Shown here piece by piece: positions 9,203 to 18,174 of a DNA stretch of 64,000 bases (its first letter is position 1; the number at the start of each line of letters is the position of its first letter). Source of the stretch: an archaeon. Its GTDB lineage: Archaea; Nanobdellota; Nanobdellia; Pacearchaeales; GW2011-AR1. The notes beneath the pieces were generated by a model. It searched no databases, was not told where the DNA came from, and saw only the letters and a list, made by a program, of their open reading frames with translations. The stretch lies in contig JAIORZ010000011.1 of the NCBI GenBank assembly GCA_021107855.1, forward strand, positions 7,686 to 71,685, read 5' to 3'. Both the position numbers and the translations under genes were made by a program.

Positions 9203-9526
9203 TTATTTAAGTTTTATAGCTGTGCCATAAACCAGCATCTCAGCTGCACCTTGCATCACCATCGCTGTTGAGAATCTTACTCCGATTATTGCGTCGGCTT
9301 TCATGTCGATTGCTTGGTTTACCATTCTGTTGAATGCTTCTTCTCTTGCTTGGGTTGTCATTTGGGTGTAAGATTTTATCTCGCCGCCTACGACGTTTTT
9401 GAGTCCGGCCAGAACATCTCTACCTATATGTCTTGCTCTGATAGTGTTTCCTTTTGCTATACCTAAGACTTTTGTGATTTTTTTGCCGGGTATTTCTAGT
9501 GCCGTTGTTGTGGGTAGTTCTTTCAT
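9203..9526 (-). CDS. YbjQ/UPF0145 family protein
   Basis: GLKNVVGGEIKSY, AREEAFNRM, ADAIIGVRF, LVYGTA motifs. Confidence 0.92.
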   Translation of the reverse strand: MKELPTTTALEIPGKKITKVLGIAKGNTIRARHIGRDVLAGLKNVVGGEIKSYTQMTTQAREEAFNRMVNQAIDMKADAIIGVRFSTAMVMQGAAEMLVYGTAIKLK

Positions 9527-9693
9527 TTTTTATCCCTCCTTTTCTCTATTTTGTTTTCTTCTTTGTAGAAGATTATTAGTGCGATTCCGATTATGGCTGG
9601 GACTAGGGATGGGATGATTGCGTTGGTTTTTGAGTATATTCCTATTCCGAGAATTATTCCTGCGATTCCCAAGAGGGCGGACTCTTTTGTCAT
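9523..9693 (-). CDS. small two-TM membrane protein (56 aa, not in ORF track)
   Basis: MTKESALLGIAGIILGIGIYSKTNAIIPSLVPAIIGIALIIFYKEENKIEKRRDKK; ATGA overlap with the YbjQ gene. Confidence 0.7.
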   Translation of the reverse strand: MTKESALLGIAGIILGIGIYSKTNAIIPSLVPAIIGIALIIFYKEENKIEKRRDKK

Positions 9694-9733
9694 GGTTTAG
9701 TAAGGGTATTTTGGTTTATAAGTTTTTAGAAGA

Positions 9734-10921
9734 TTAGAAGGGGAGGTAGAAAATAATTGTTGGGATTAGGATTGCGCCCATTAGGATGCTTTTTCTGGTT
9801 TGGAATTCTATGCAGGTTAGACCTAGTGATGTTGAGACGGCTAAGACGATTAGGCCGAGAATTCCTGTGAAGTAAAATGTGATGGCAGTCAGAAAAATTA
9901 TGATAGCTAGGGAAATTTTACTGTATGGAAATTTGTGGATTATTTTTGCTATCTTTTTTGCGAAGAAGATTGTTATTGGAATTGAGATTATTGATGAGAT
10001 TAGGATTGTTGTGAAAATTGTTAGTAAGTTTGTCGTCGATATTTGGGTTATTTGTGAGATGGCGGCGGCGATTCCTGTTCTTTGTTTCTGGAATAGGTAG
10101 AGAGTTAGGAAGGAGGTAGCGGTCACTAGGGTGTTGATTGACCCGAGGAGGATTAGGAATTGTTCTCGGTTTAGTTTTTTGAATATTGAAGAGCTTATTA
10201 TTGCGGCTTGGCTGGAACCGAGTCCTGGGAGGAAGGAGCAGATTGGAGAGATGAGGATGGTTGCTAGTGTTGGTTTGATTAGTTCTTTTTTGTCGATGTG
10301 GAGTTTTTCCAGGGATTGTTTTGGAGGGATTGATTTTGATTTTATTGAATAAATTATTGTTGAAGTTCCGAATAGTCCTGTCAAAAGTGGGAGGAGGGGT
10401 TGTTGTAGGTTTAGGTTGAAAGTTGCTAAGCCGAGGAATCCTGCTAGGGCAAAAATTAGGATAGATTTCATTTTTTCTTTTTCTGTATAAAGTAGGAAGA
10501 TTGCTACCCAGATTAGGAAGAACGCCATCATTTGTTTGATGAATGGGTAGAGTTTTGGGAGGATGAAGAGGAAGATAGGGATGACGATAATCATTGAGGC
10601 GATTGCGATGGTCGAGCCTATGATGGTCAGTTTTGTTGCGTGGATTCCGAGTCCTTTTAGTAGAAATTTGTGTCCTGGGAGAACCCCTAGGAATGAGTCC
10701 TCGTCTGGTGCTCCGAAGAAGATTGATGGGATGAAGTTTAGGAAAGTGTGTGTTATCGCGGTGCTGGTGAGGAAGATGAGGAGGGTGGTGGTTGGTAGTT
10801 TTAGGAAGAAAGGGATGGAGATTATTATTGTGGCTATGAGGTTGGTGTGGATTCCGGGGGTTAGGCCGCTGATGGTTCCGGAGAGGATGCCGAGGAGCAG
10901 GGGGAGAATTAGGTTGAGCAT
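9734..10921 (-). CDS. TctA-like (tripartite tricarboxylate transporter permease family) membrane protein
   Basis: GLTPGIHTN, IPSIFFGAP, LPGH, FLPGLGSSQA; many TM helices. Confidence 0.82.
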   Translation of the reverse strand: MLNLILPLLLGILSGTISGLTPGIHTNLIATIIISIPFFLKLPTTTLLIFLTSTAITHTFLNFIPSIFFGAPDEDSFLGVLPGHKFLLKGLGIHATKLTIIGSTIAIASMIIVIPIFLFILPKLYPFIKQMMAFFLIWVAIFLLYTEKEKMKSILIFALAGFLGLATFNLNLQQPLLPLLTGLFGTSTIIYSIKSKSIPPKQSLEKLHIDKKELIKPTLATILISPICSFLPGLGSSQAAIISSSIFKKLNREQFLILLGSINTLVTATSFLTLYLFQKQRTGIAAAISQITQISTTNLLTIFTTILISSIISIPITIFFAKKIAKIIHKFPYSKISLAIIIFLTAITFYFTGILGLIVLAVSTSLGLTCIEFQTRKSILMGAILIPTIIFYLPF

Positions 10922-10922
10922 T

Positions 10923-11210
10923 TTATTTTAGGACGGAAATTCTTTCGATGATGATTTGTTTTTTATTTTTGTAAATGCTGGATTTTCCTTGGAATTTTAT
11001 TTGGTCGTTTTTATTGAGAGATAGATTTATTTTGTCGAATATAATTAATTCGGCTGAGTGGTTTTCTAGTTGGATTGTGGTTTTTGTAGGGGAATAGTGG
11101 ATTGAGCTTATTGTGGCGGTTTGGATTGATTTTGTTTGGGCGAGGAAGATTAGTAAGAGAATTCCTAGGAGAGTTAAGATAAGAGTTAACTTTTCCGCTC
11201 TTGTTGTCAT
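10923..11210 (-). CDS. membrane-anchored OB-fold protein
   Basis: N-terminal TM helix, beta-rich domain ending G..YKNKKQII. Confidence 0.65.
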   Translation of the reverse strand: MTTRAEKLTLILTLLGILLLIFLAQTKSIQTATISSIHYSPTKTTIQLENHSAELIIFDKINLSLNKNDQIKFQGKSSIYKNKKQIIIERISVLK

Positions 11211-12121
11211 TCTGTTTGAAACTCTATTATGTCTTTGTCTTTTAGGTGGTGTTCTAATCCGATTATTTGACCGCCGAATTTACTAGATGGTCCCCAGACT
11301 CGTGCTCGTTTGATTTTTTTTGACATTCCTTTTCGAATTTTTTCTGCGGCATCTCTGAAAGTTGAATTTTTCTTTAATATCATTGGTTCTTTACTTGGAA
11401 TTTTTTTGGGTTCTTTTGTGTAGATTCGGATGATTGGGAATGTTTTGAATATCTTTCGTTTTAGTTGTGTGAGTTTCGTTTTAGTCGGTGAATTTGATAG
11501 AAATATGTAGGAGAGTTTTTTGTGTTTTGATTTTAGGGTTGCTTCTATTTTTCTTTTTTCTATTTCTGAGAGGAGGTCTTCTTTATTAAATACTAAGATG
11601 GTTTTTGCGTGGGTTCTGTAAAGGAGGTCTGTGGCTTTTTTGATTTGGTCAAGGTTGTCGATTGTTAGGAGGAGTGTGTCGGTTGAGTTGACGAGGGATT
11701 TGTCGTGGTTTGGGAATGAGGGGATGTCGATGATTTGGATTTGGGCGTCTTTGTAGTGGAAGGTTCCGAGTTGGGGTTGGTATGTTGTGAAAGGGTGTGG
11801 GGAGGTTTTTGTTTCTTGGGACGTTAGGGTTTGGAAGATTGTGGATTTTCCGGTGTTTGGGAATCCTGTGAGGACGCATTGCATATCAGCTTTTTTGATT
11901 CCGACTTGGTTCCCTTTGCCTGATTTTTTTTGTTTGACTAGAGAGGTTTTTAGTTTTTTGTAGCGATTTGTTAAATTCTTTCGCATGTTTTCCGAAGATT
12001 TATGTTTTGGGACTTCCTTCATCATGATTTCTAGGCATACGAGTCTTTCTTCGTCCGAGGTGGCTTCTTGATATTCTTGTTCGGCTTTTTGGTAGAAGGG
12101 TGATTGGTTTGTGCTTGCCAT
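11207..12121 (-). CDS. DRG/OBG-family GTPase with TGS domain
   Basis: GFPNTGKS, PFTT, QIIDIP, NKED, C-terminal TGS (ARVWGPSSKFGGQ..GLEHHLKDKD). Confidence 0.9.
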   Translation of the reverse strand: MASTNQSPFYQKAEQEYQEATSDEERLVCLEIMMKEVPKHKSSENMRKNLTNRYKKLKTSLVKQKKSGKGNQVGIKKADMQCVLTGFPNTGKSTIFQTLTSQETKTSPHPFTTYQPQLGTFHYKDAQIQIIDIPSFPNHDKSLVNSTDTLLLTIDNLDQIKKATDLLYRTHAKTILVFNKEDLLSEIEKRKIEATLKSKHKKLSYIFLSNSPTKTKLTQLKRKIFKTFPIIRIYTKEPKKIPSKEPMILKKNSTFRDAAEKIRKGMSKKIKRARVWGPSSKFGGQIIGLEHHLKDKDIIEFQTE

Positions 12122-12203
12122 GATTTCTTTCTTTTTAGAAAAAAGAAATTTCTCGCAAGTAAAAAAACTTATTTTCCAAAACTGCGTTTTGATTTAGTTC
12201 CAT
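12119..12203 (-). repeat. dispersed structured repeat family A, copy 1 (mini-ORF MELNQNAVLENKFFYLREISFF, 12135-12203)
   Basis: Near-identical to 25673-25787 and 42105-42190; tandem hairpins. Confidence 0.9.
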
Positions 12204-12236
12204 AAGGTTTTTAATGTTAGGAGGTTTATTAAATTT

Positions 12237-12467
12237 ATGAGGTTTAGTTTCGTGTGGCTGTTTGTTTTTGTTTTGGTTATGGGTGGGGTTTTTGGAGATG
12301 AAAATGGGACTGAAGAGATTGTTGTTGAAGATGGAGGTTCGGGAGACGGGAAGGTTTTTACTGCTGAGTTTTATGTTGCTTTGTTGATTGGCGTTGTGAT
12401 ATTGGCTCTTCTTGGTTGGGTTGTTTGGTTAGTGATTCGGGGACCGAAGAATAAGTGGGATAAGTAA
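12237..12467 (+). CDS. small membrane protein (signal peptide plus TM helix)
   Basis: Two hydrophobic segments with an acidic linker; TATA-like element upstream. Confidence 0.7.
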   Translation: MRFSFVWLFVFVLVMGGVFGDENGTEEIVVEDGGSGDGKVFTAEFYVALLIGVVILALLGWVVWLVIRGPKNKWDK

Positions 12468-12519
12468 TTGTTTTTGGTTTGCGGTAAAAGTTTAAATAGA
12501 TTAGAAACGTGAATTTGTT

Positions 12520-12906
12520 ATGGTGAAAATAGAGTTGGGGAAGAGAGATTTTATTTGGATTGGGTTGATTGTTGTTTTGTTGGGTGTTGGGGTTGTTTAT
12601 GCTTTTGGGGGAAGTGAGCCTGCTGTTATGGGACATGATGCTGGGGAACTTGGGGGGACTTGTTTGAGCGATGGGACGAATTGTGATGTGACGAGGGCGT
12701 GGGTCAATAACAGAGTTGCTAGTGTAAGCACTTCATTGGGGCAAAGTACTTGTCAGTGGATATATGTTAGTACATGCGGGCATTCTTGTGGTGCAGGGGC
12801 ATATTATCAAGCGGTTTGTCCAGTTGGATATTATATGGCAGGTCACTCGATGTATACTTGGGCTTCGTATGCGACATATAATCATCGAATTTACTGTTGT
12901 AGATAA
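12520..12906 (+). CDS. secreted/anchored protein, 'MGH..GEL' family with Cys-rich C-terminus
   Basis: N-terminus paralogous to 52121..52516; ends CPVGY...YCCR. Confidence 0.8.
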   Translation: MVKIELGKRDFIWIGLIVVLLGVGVVYAFGGSEPAVMGHDAGELGGTCLSDGTNCDVTRAWVNNRVASVSTSLGQSTCQWIYVSTCGHSCGAGAYYQAVCPVGYYMAGHSMYTWASYATYNHRIYCCR

Positions 12907-12947
12907 GAAGTAGAAAGGTTGTTAAATTAAGAGATTTTTTTATTTTT

Positions 12948-13613
12948 ATGAAATTAGCTGTTTTGTTTAGTGGGGGAAAGGATTCTAGTTTGGCTTTGCA
13001 TAAGGTTTTGAAACGTGGAGATGATGTTAAATTTTTGTTGAATGTTTTTCCTAAGAATGAGGATAGTTTTATGTTTCATAAGCAGGATTTCGGTTTGTTG
13101 GAGGCGCAGGTTGAGAGGTTGGGGATTGAGATGATTTCGGTTGAGAGCGAGGGGAGGAAAGAGGAGGAATTGGATGATTTAAGGAAGTTGATTGGGAAGA
13201 TTAAGGATGATGTTGAGGGGATTGTGGTTGGAGGGATTGCGTCTTCTTACCAGGGGACGAGGATTGAGAAAATTTGTGGTGAATTTGGGTTGGAATTTGT
13301 TGCACCTATTTTAGATTATGAGTCGGAAAAACTTTGGGAGGAATTGTTGGCGGAAGGTTTTGAGGTTGTGATGATTAAGATTGCTTCTGATGGGATTGGA
13401 AAGGAGTGGCTTGGCCGGGTGATTGACAGGGAGGCTTTTGGTGAGCTGAAGAATTTGGCTGAGAAGTATAAGTTTAGGTTGGATTTTGAGGGTGGCGAGG
13501 CAGAGAGTTGTGTTTTGAATATGCCAGGGTATTCGAAGAGGATTGAGATTGATTTTGAGATTGAGAGTGAGGGGGAGTTTCGGCATTTTATGAGGGGGGT
13601 GAGGGTTAGATGA
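12948..13613 (+). CDS. dph6: diphthine--ammonia ligase
   Basis: PP-loop SGGKDS, SFMFH, GIASSYQ, EGGEAE. Confidence 0.88.
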   Translation: MKLAVLFSGGKDSSLALHKVLKRGDDVKFLLNVFPKNEDSFMFHKQDFGLLEAQVERLGIEMISVESEGRKEEELDDLRKLIGKIKDDVEGIVVGGIASSYQGTRIEKICGEFGLEFVAPILDYESEKLWEELLAEGFEVVMIKIASDGIGKEWLGRVIDREAFGELKNLAEKYKFRLDFEGGEAESCVLNMPGYSKRIEIDFEIESEGEFRHFMRGVRVR

Positions 13614-13858
13614 GAGAAAGAGTTTTTACAGAGATTGGATTTGGAAATGGGAGTTTTCTTTCTACGGAAATAGAAGGTAGAAAAAAAGAATATCGAGTTG
13701 GAAAGTTTGTTAAACCGAAAAAAATAGATGGAGTTTATTTGAGGGTGTGGATTTTAAAAAGAGTATTTATTTTATCGAGTTGTGATGGTTTTAAGTTTGG
13801 GAAAAAGAGTAGGATAGATTTTAAATTTTTGTTTGGAGTTCAGGGGATTGGAGTATGA
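13610..13858 (+). CDS. DUF3977-like small protein
   Basis: EIGFGN..STEIE, YLRVWI, FKFLFG pattern. Confidence 0.6.
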   Translation: MRERVFTEIGFGNGSFLSTEIEGRKKEYRVGKFVKPKKIDGVYLRVWILKRVFILSSCDGFKFGKKSRIDFKFLFGVQGIGV

Positions 13859-14568
13859 ATTTGATTAAAGAAGTTAAAAAGAAGAGAGAGTTTTTTGGGT
13901 TGCCAGATTCTGTTGTGAAGAGAGCGTTGGTGGAATCAAAGGATGATATTAAAGAGGCTCGGAGTTTGCTTCGGAAATATTTTGGTGTGTTTTTGACGAA
14001 TCGGGTTTTGAAGGGGAAGGGGGATTTATTGGGAATTCATATGTCGTCGAAGAAACGTGATTATGGGGAATTTTATTCTAAGATCCTTAAAGGGGTTGAT
14101 GATGTTGGGAGTGTTGTTGATTTGGGATGTGGGGTGAATGGGTTTAGTTATGAATATCTACCTAAAGGTATTGAGTATGTTGGGATTGAGGCTGCGGGGC
14201 AGTTGGTTGAGTTGATGAATGTTTATTTTAAGGAAAAGGATTTTGATGCTCGGGCGGTTTGTTTGGATTTGTTTGACGTTGAAGGAGTTGTGAAAATTTT
14301 AAGGAAGGCAAAGAAATCTCGGGTTGTTCTTATGTTTCAGGTTATTGATGCTTTGGAGAATATGAAGAGGGATTTTTCTAAGGAGTTTATTTCTGTCGTG
14401 ATGGAAAATGTAGAGGTTTTGGTGATTAGTTTGCCGTTGGTTAGTCTGGGTGGGAGGAAGAAGTTTGCGGTTAGAAGGAAGTGGTTGGTTGATTTTTTAA
14501 TAAAGAATTTTGATGTGAAAAAAGATTTTGAGATGTTTGGGGAAAGAATTATTTGTGTTCGTAAATAA
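13855..14568 (+). CDS. SAM-dependent methyltransferase resembling the FmrO/ArmA/RmtB 16S rRNA m7G1405 family
   Basis: HMSSKKR, VDLGCGVNG, ISLPLVSLGGR motifs in the family order. Confidence 0.7.
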   Translation: MNLIKEVKKKREFFGLPDSVVKRALVESKDDIKEARSLLRKYFGVFLTNRVLKGKGDLLGIHMSSKKRDYGEFYSKILKGVDDVGSVVDLGCGVNGFSYEYLPKGIEYVGIEAAGQLVELMNVYFKEKDFDARAVCLDLFDVEGVVKILRKAKKSRVVLMFQVIDALENMKRDFSKEFISVVMENVEVLVISLPLVSLGGRKKFAVRRKWLVDFLIKNFDVKKDFEMFGERIICVRK

Positions 14569-14655
14569 ATCATTCACACTTCTCTGGCTCAATGTGAGAG
14601 AATTATAATTGTTGAGAAGCGTTAGGTATTTAAGTTTAGGAATTTTATTTTTATT

Positions 14656-15561
14656 ATGGTGATATATGCTGTTGGGCATAAGAGTCCGGATAGTGATGCG
14701 GTTTGTGCGGCTATTGCTGTTGCGGAGCTGAAGAGGCAATTAGGTGTTGAGTGTGAGGCGAGAATTTCTGAGGAGCTTAATACGGAGACTAAGTTTGTTT
14801 TGGAAAAATTTGGGGTTGCGGTGCCTGAGATTTTGAAAAGTGCAAAAGATGAGAAAATTATTTTGGTTGACCATACGGAATTGTCGCAGGCTGTTGATGG
14901 TATGGACGAGGCGGATATTGTAGGGATTGTTGACCATCATAATCTTGGGGATGTTAGTACGGATAGTCCGGTTGATATTTTGGTTCGTCCGCTTGGGAGC
15001 ACGTGCACTATTCTTAAGGGTTTGTTTGATTTTTTTAAGAAAGAGATTCCTGAAGATATTGCCGGAATAATGCTTTGTGCTCTTTTGAGTGATACTGTTA
15101 TTTTTAGGTCGCCTACTACTACGGATGTGGATAGGTGGGTTGCTGACGAGTTGGCGGAAATTGCTGGTGTCGAGGATGTTGAGGCGTTGGGGGTTGAGAT
15201 GTTTAAGGTTAGGTCGGATATTAAGGGGATAAGTGCTAAGCGTTTAGTGACGAGGAATTATAAGAATTATGAGATGAATGGGAAAAAGATTGGGATTGGT
15301 CAGTTGGAGTTGGCTGGTTTGGATGAGGCTTTGAAGATGAAGGATAAGTTGTTGAAGGAGGCTGTGAAGTTGAAGAAGGGGCGGTATGCGGTTTTTTTGA
15401 TGTTGACTGATGTTTTGAAGCAAGGGACGGAGTTGATTTGTATTAGTGGGGATAAACATTTAGAGAGGAAGGTTTTTGGTTGTGGTGAGGATTGTTGGGT
15501 TGGTGGTATGATGAGTCGGAAGAAGCAGGTTGTTCCTAAACTAGAAGAATTCTTTGAGTAA
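14656..15561 (+). CDS. ppaC: manganese-dependent inorganic pyrophosphatase (family II)
   Basis: GHKSPDSD, LVDH, DHH, LSDT, MSRKKQVVP. Confidence 0.95.
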   Translation: MVIYAVGHKSPDSDAVCAAIAVAELKRQLGVECEARISEELNTETKFVLEKFGVAVPEILKSAKDEKIILVDHTELSQAVDGMDEADIVGIVDHHNLGDVSTDSPVDILVRPLGSTCTILKGLFDFFKKEIPEDIAGIMLCALLSDTVIFRSPTTTDVDRWVADELAEIAGVEDVEALGVEMFKVRSDIKGISAKRLVTRNYKNYEMNGKKIGIGQLELAGLDEALKMKDKLLKEAVKLKKGRYAVFLMLTDVLKQGTELICISGDKHLERKVFGCGEDCWVGGMMSRKKQVVPKLEEFFE

Positions 15562-15662
15562 TTTTGATTTTCAATGCTTTATACTTCGTTGGACGAACCC
15601 TCACGTACCTCTGTACGCCACAGAACCGTTCGCCTCGTCTAAATCTATTGAAAATAAAAATT
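15560..15662. repeat. dispersed 103-nt palindromic repeat family B, copy 1
   Basis: 16-bp terminal IR (15/16), central CGTAC-N4-GTACGCC; homologous to 57020-57122 and 23313-23415. Confidence 0.85.
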
Positions 15663-15709
15663 GTTTTTTGTTTGGAAATGTATTTAAGTGGAATTTTTCT
15701 TGTTGGTTT

Positions 15710-16903
15710 ATGAAATTTCAGAAGAAAGTTTTGGATAACGGGCTGACTGTTTTATTTGAGAAGCGGGATGTTGATGTGACGACGGTGATGTTGGGGGTGA
15801 AGTATGGTTCGGGTTATGATTCGGTTGAGGAGAAAGGGATGGCGCATTTTATTGAGCATTTGTGTTTTAAGGGGACGGAGAAGAGAAATGTTAAGGAGGT
15901 TGTTGATGAAGTTGAGAAGATTGGTGGTGAGTTGAATGCGTTTACCCATGAAGAGACAACGGCTTATTATGTAAAGTTGCCTTCGAAGCATTTTGGGGTT
16001 GCTATGGATGTAATTTTTGATATTTTTTTCAATCCGATTTTTCCTGAGGAAGATGTTGCTCGTGAGGCGAGTGTTATTTGTGAGGAGATCAAAATGATTA
16101 AAGATAATCCGATGAGACATACTCTGGAGGAGATCAAAGGAAATTTGTATGAGGAGCCGTTTGGTTATTTTGGTGGTGGGAGAGCTGAAGTTGTTAGAGC
16201 GATGACAAGAGAGCAGTTGAAGGGTAAACATGATAAGATTTATATTCCGAAAAATTCTGTTCTTTGTGTTGTAGGGAATAATAATTTTGAGGAAGTTGTT
16301 TCTTTGGCTGAGAAGTTGTCTGGAGAGAATGAATCACGTGTGAAAGTAGAGTTGCCCGAAATTGTTTTGAAGAATGTTAAAAACGAAGAAAAGAGGGCTG
16401 GCTTGGAGCAGGCGAATGTTACACTTGGTTTTCATTTTCCGAAAGCTGGGAATGAAGGTAATTATGCGGCTGAGATTTTTTCTGCTATTTTGGGGCATGG
16501 GATGAGTAGTAAACTTTTTAGTGAGGTTAGGGAAAAGAGGGGGCTTGTCTATGGAGTTAAGACGGATTTGGATAATGGGAAAAATTATGGTTATATGGTA
16601 ATTTGGGCTGGGACTGACCCAGCTAAAGTTGAGGAAGTGAAGAAGATTTGTTTGGAGGAGTTTGGGAAGATGGGGAATATTAGTCAGAAAGAGTTGGAGG
16701 AGGCGAAAGTCCAGGTTGTTGGGAACAGAAAAGTTGAATCGGAGGGTTCGAGTGAGACGGCTGTGAATTTGATTATGGAGGAGATTGCTGGGGACGCCGA
16801 GGAATATTATGATTATGAAAAAAAGATTAATGAGGTGACGTTGGAGGATATTAAGGGATTGGCTTCGAAGACAGAATTTGCTTCATTTAGTCTTGGTCCG
16901 TAG
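15710..16903 (+). CDS. M16 family zinc peptidase (pitrilysin-like)
   Basis: HFIEH..FKGT, NAFT, SSKLFSEVREKRGLVY; start set at ATG 15710 after TATA element. Confidence 0.93.
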   Translation: MKFQKKVLDNGLTVLFEKRDVDVTTVMLGVKYGSGYDSVEEKGMAHFIEHLCFKGTEKRNVKEVVDEVEKIGGELNAFTHEETTAYYVKLPSKHFGVAMDVIFDIFFNPIFPEEDVAREASVICEEIKMIKDNPMRHTLEEIKGNLYEEPFGYFGGGRAEVVRAMTREQLKGKHDKIYIPKNSVLCVVGNNNFEEVVSLAEKLSGENESRVKVELPEIVLKNVKNEEKRAGLEQANVTLGFHFPKAGNEGNYAAEIFSAILGHGMSSKLFSEVREKRGLVYGVKTDLDNGKNYGYMVIWAGTDPAKVEEVKKICLEEFGKMGNISQKELEEAKVQVVGNRKVESEGSSETAVNLIMEEIAGDAEEYYDYEKKINEVTLEDIKGLASKTEFASFSLGP

Positions 16904-17006
16904 AAATATAAGATAGAAAGTTTTTGAGGGTTTATATGATTGTTGGTTTTTGATGTGTATTTTTTGGTATATGTTTTTTTATAAAGGGGAGATAGATGGA
17001 GGGTTA

Positions 17007-17354
17007 ATGGAAGTCATAGAAGAAATTGTTGGGATTTCCTTAATGGAGTTGGAAAAGAGTCCGGGTGCTTTTGAGTTTGAGAAGAGAGTTAAGCGTGGTA
17101 TTTTTAAGGTGTTGGGGAAAGGTGGGTTTGTGGATGTTTCTTCTGGGATGGTTGAGAAATATTTTAGGGCGACTTATTGGGAGTTGTTTTGTAATGGTAG
17201 TGATTTGGCTAGGCATGTGCAGGCGAGGAAGTATGGGGATAGGAATCGGGTTGAATTAATGAAGGTTTATGGAGAGGAAGATATTAGAAGTCTTGGTGAG
17301 GTCGTTTTGAGAAAGTATGGCTCTGGTGTTTCTAATTATTTAGGTCGTGATTGA
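17007..17354 (+). CDS. hypothetical protein
   Basis: ORF with host-like codon bias; TTTATAA box upstream of ATG 17007. Confidence 0.6.
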   Translation: MEVIEEIVGISLMELEKSPGAFEFEKRVKRGIFKVLGKGGFVDVSSGMVEKYFRATYWELFCNGSDLARHVQARKYGDRNRVELMKVYGEEDIRSLGEVVLRKYGSGVSNYLGRD

Positions 17355-17392
17355 TTAGATATGTTTAAAATATTATTTTGTTGGGTCTTTTT

Positions 17393-18166
17393 ATGGAAAT
17401 TGTAAGTGTGCCGCGAATTAATGGACTTGGAAAGAGCGGTCCGGAGAAGATGGTGGGGGCTGTTTTAGGTGAGCTTGGGATTAAGGATGCTTTGGAGATT
17501 AAAGTTGGGAATGAGGATATCTATGAAGACGAGGAGAGGATTTATTTGGAGAGTAGAAAAATTTTTGAGGGGAACGAACAAGCTTGTTTTATTGGGGGTG
17601 ACCATTCTATTAGTTATCCGATTTTTAGGGCGTTTAGTAAAGAAAACCGGGAACCTTTTTTGATTGTGTTTGATGCACATGCGGATTGTATGCCACCGAT
17701 GAAGGAGCCTACACATGAGGAGTTTTTGAGGGGTTTGATTGAAGGGGGATTCGTTGAGGGTGAGAATGTTATTTTGATTGGGGCGAGGAAGGTTGAAGAC
17801 GAGGAAAGGAGATTTTTGAGAGAGAAAGGGGTTAAGGTTTTTGGCGAGGTTTATGATGTGGAGGCTGTGGCGGATTATGTTAGTGAGCGGGCGCTTGGGA
17901 AAGATGTTTATGTTTCGGTTGATTTGGATGTTTTAGACCCGGCGTTTGCGCCTGGGGTTAATTGCCCGGAACCGAATGGCTTGTTGTCAAAGGAATTGTT
18001 TTATTTATTGAGGAGGATTTTTGTGGTTAGGGGGGTGAAGTGTCTGGATGTTGTTGAAGTTTGTGTTGATAAAGATAAGAGGTATGATTTTAGGACGGTG
18101 AAGGTTGCGGCGAAGATTGTTGAGGAATTTTGTGGGAAGGATAGATATATAAGAAAGAAAGTATAG
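17393..18166 (+). CDS. arginase/agmatinase family protein
   Basis: GGDHS, DAHAD, SVDLDVLDPAFAPG, E.NG motifs. Confidence 0.9.
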   Translation: MEIVSVPRINGLGKSGPEKMVGAVLGELGIKDALEIKVGNEDIYEDEERIYLESRKIFEGNEQACFIGGDHSISYPIFRAFSKENREPFLIVFDAHADCMPPMKEPTHEEFLRGLIEGGFVEGENVILIGARKVEDEERRFLREKGVKVFGEVYDVEAVADYVSERALGKDVYVSVDLDVLDPAFAPGVNCPEPNGLLSKELFYLLRRIFVVRGVKCLDVVEVCVDKDKRYDFRTVKVAAKIVEEFCGKDRYIRKKV

Positions 18167-18174
18167 ATATTTTG

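Noticed and set aside
12122..12203. Programmed frameshift fusing the repeat A mini-ORF to the downstream gene
   Set aside because: ATG-to-ATG distances are 82, 112 and 83 nt, so the frame offset is not the same in all copies
12520..12906. Diversity-generating retroelement target (variable C-terminus)
   Set aside because: No reverse transcriptase and no template/variable repeat pair differing at adenines is visible in this window
15554..15709. 52-aa N-terminal extension of the M16 peptidase in the ORF track
   Set aside because: It runs through repeat B and a TATA box; the family-typical start is ATG 15710
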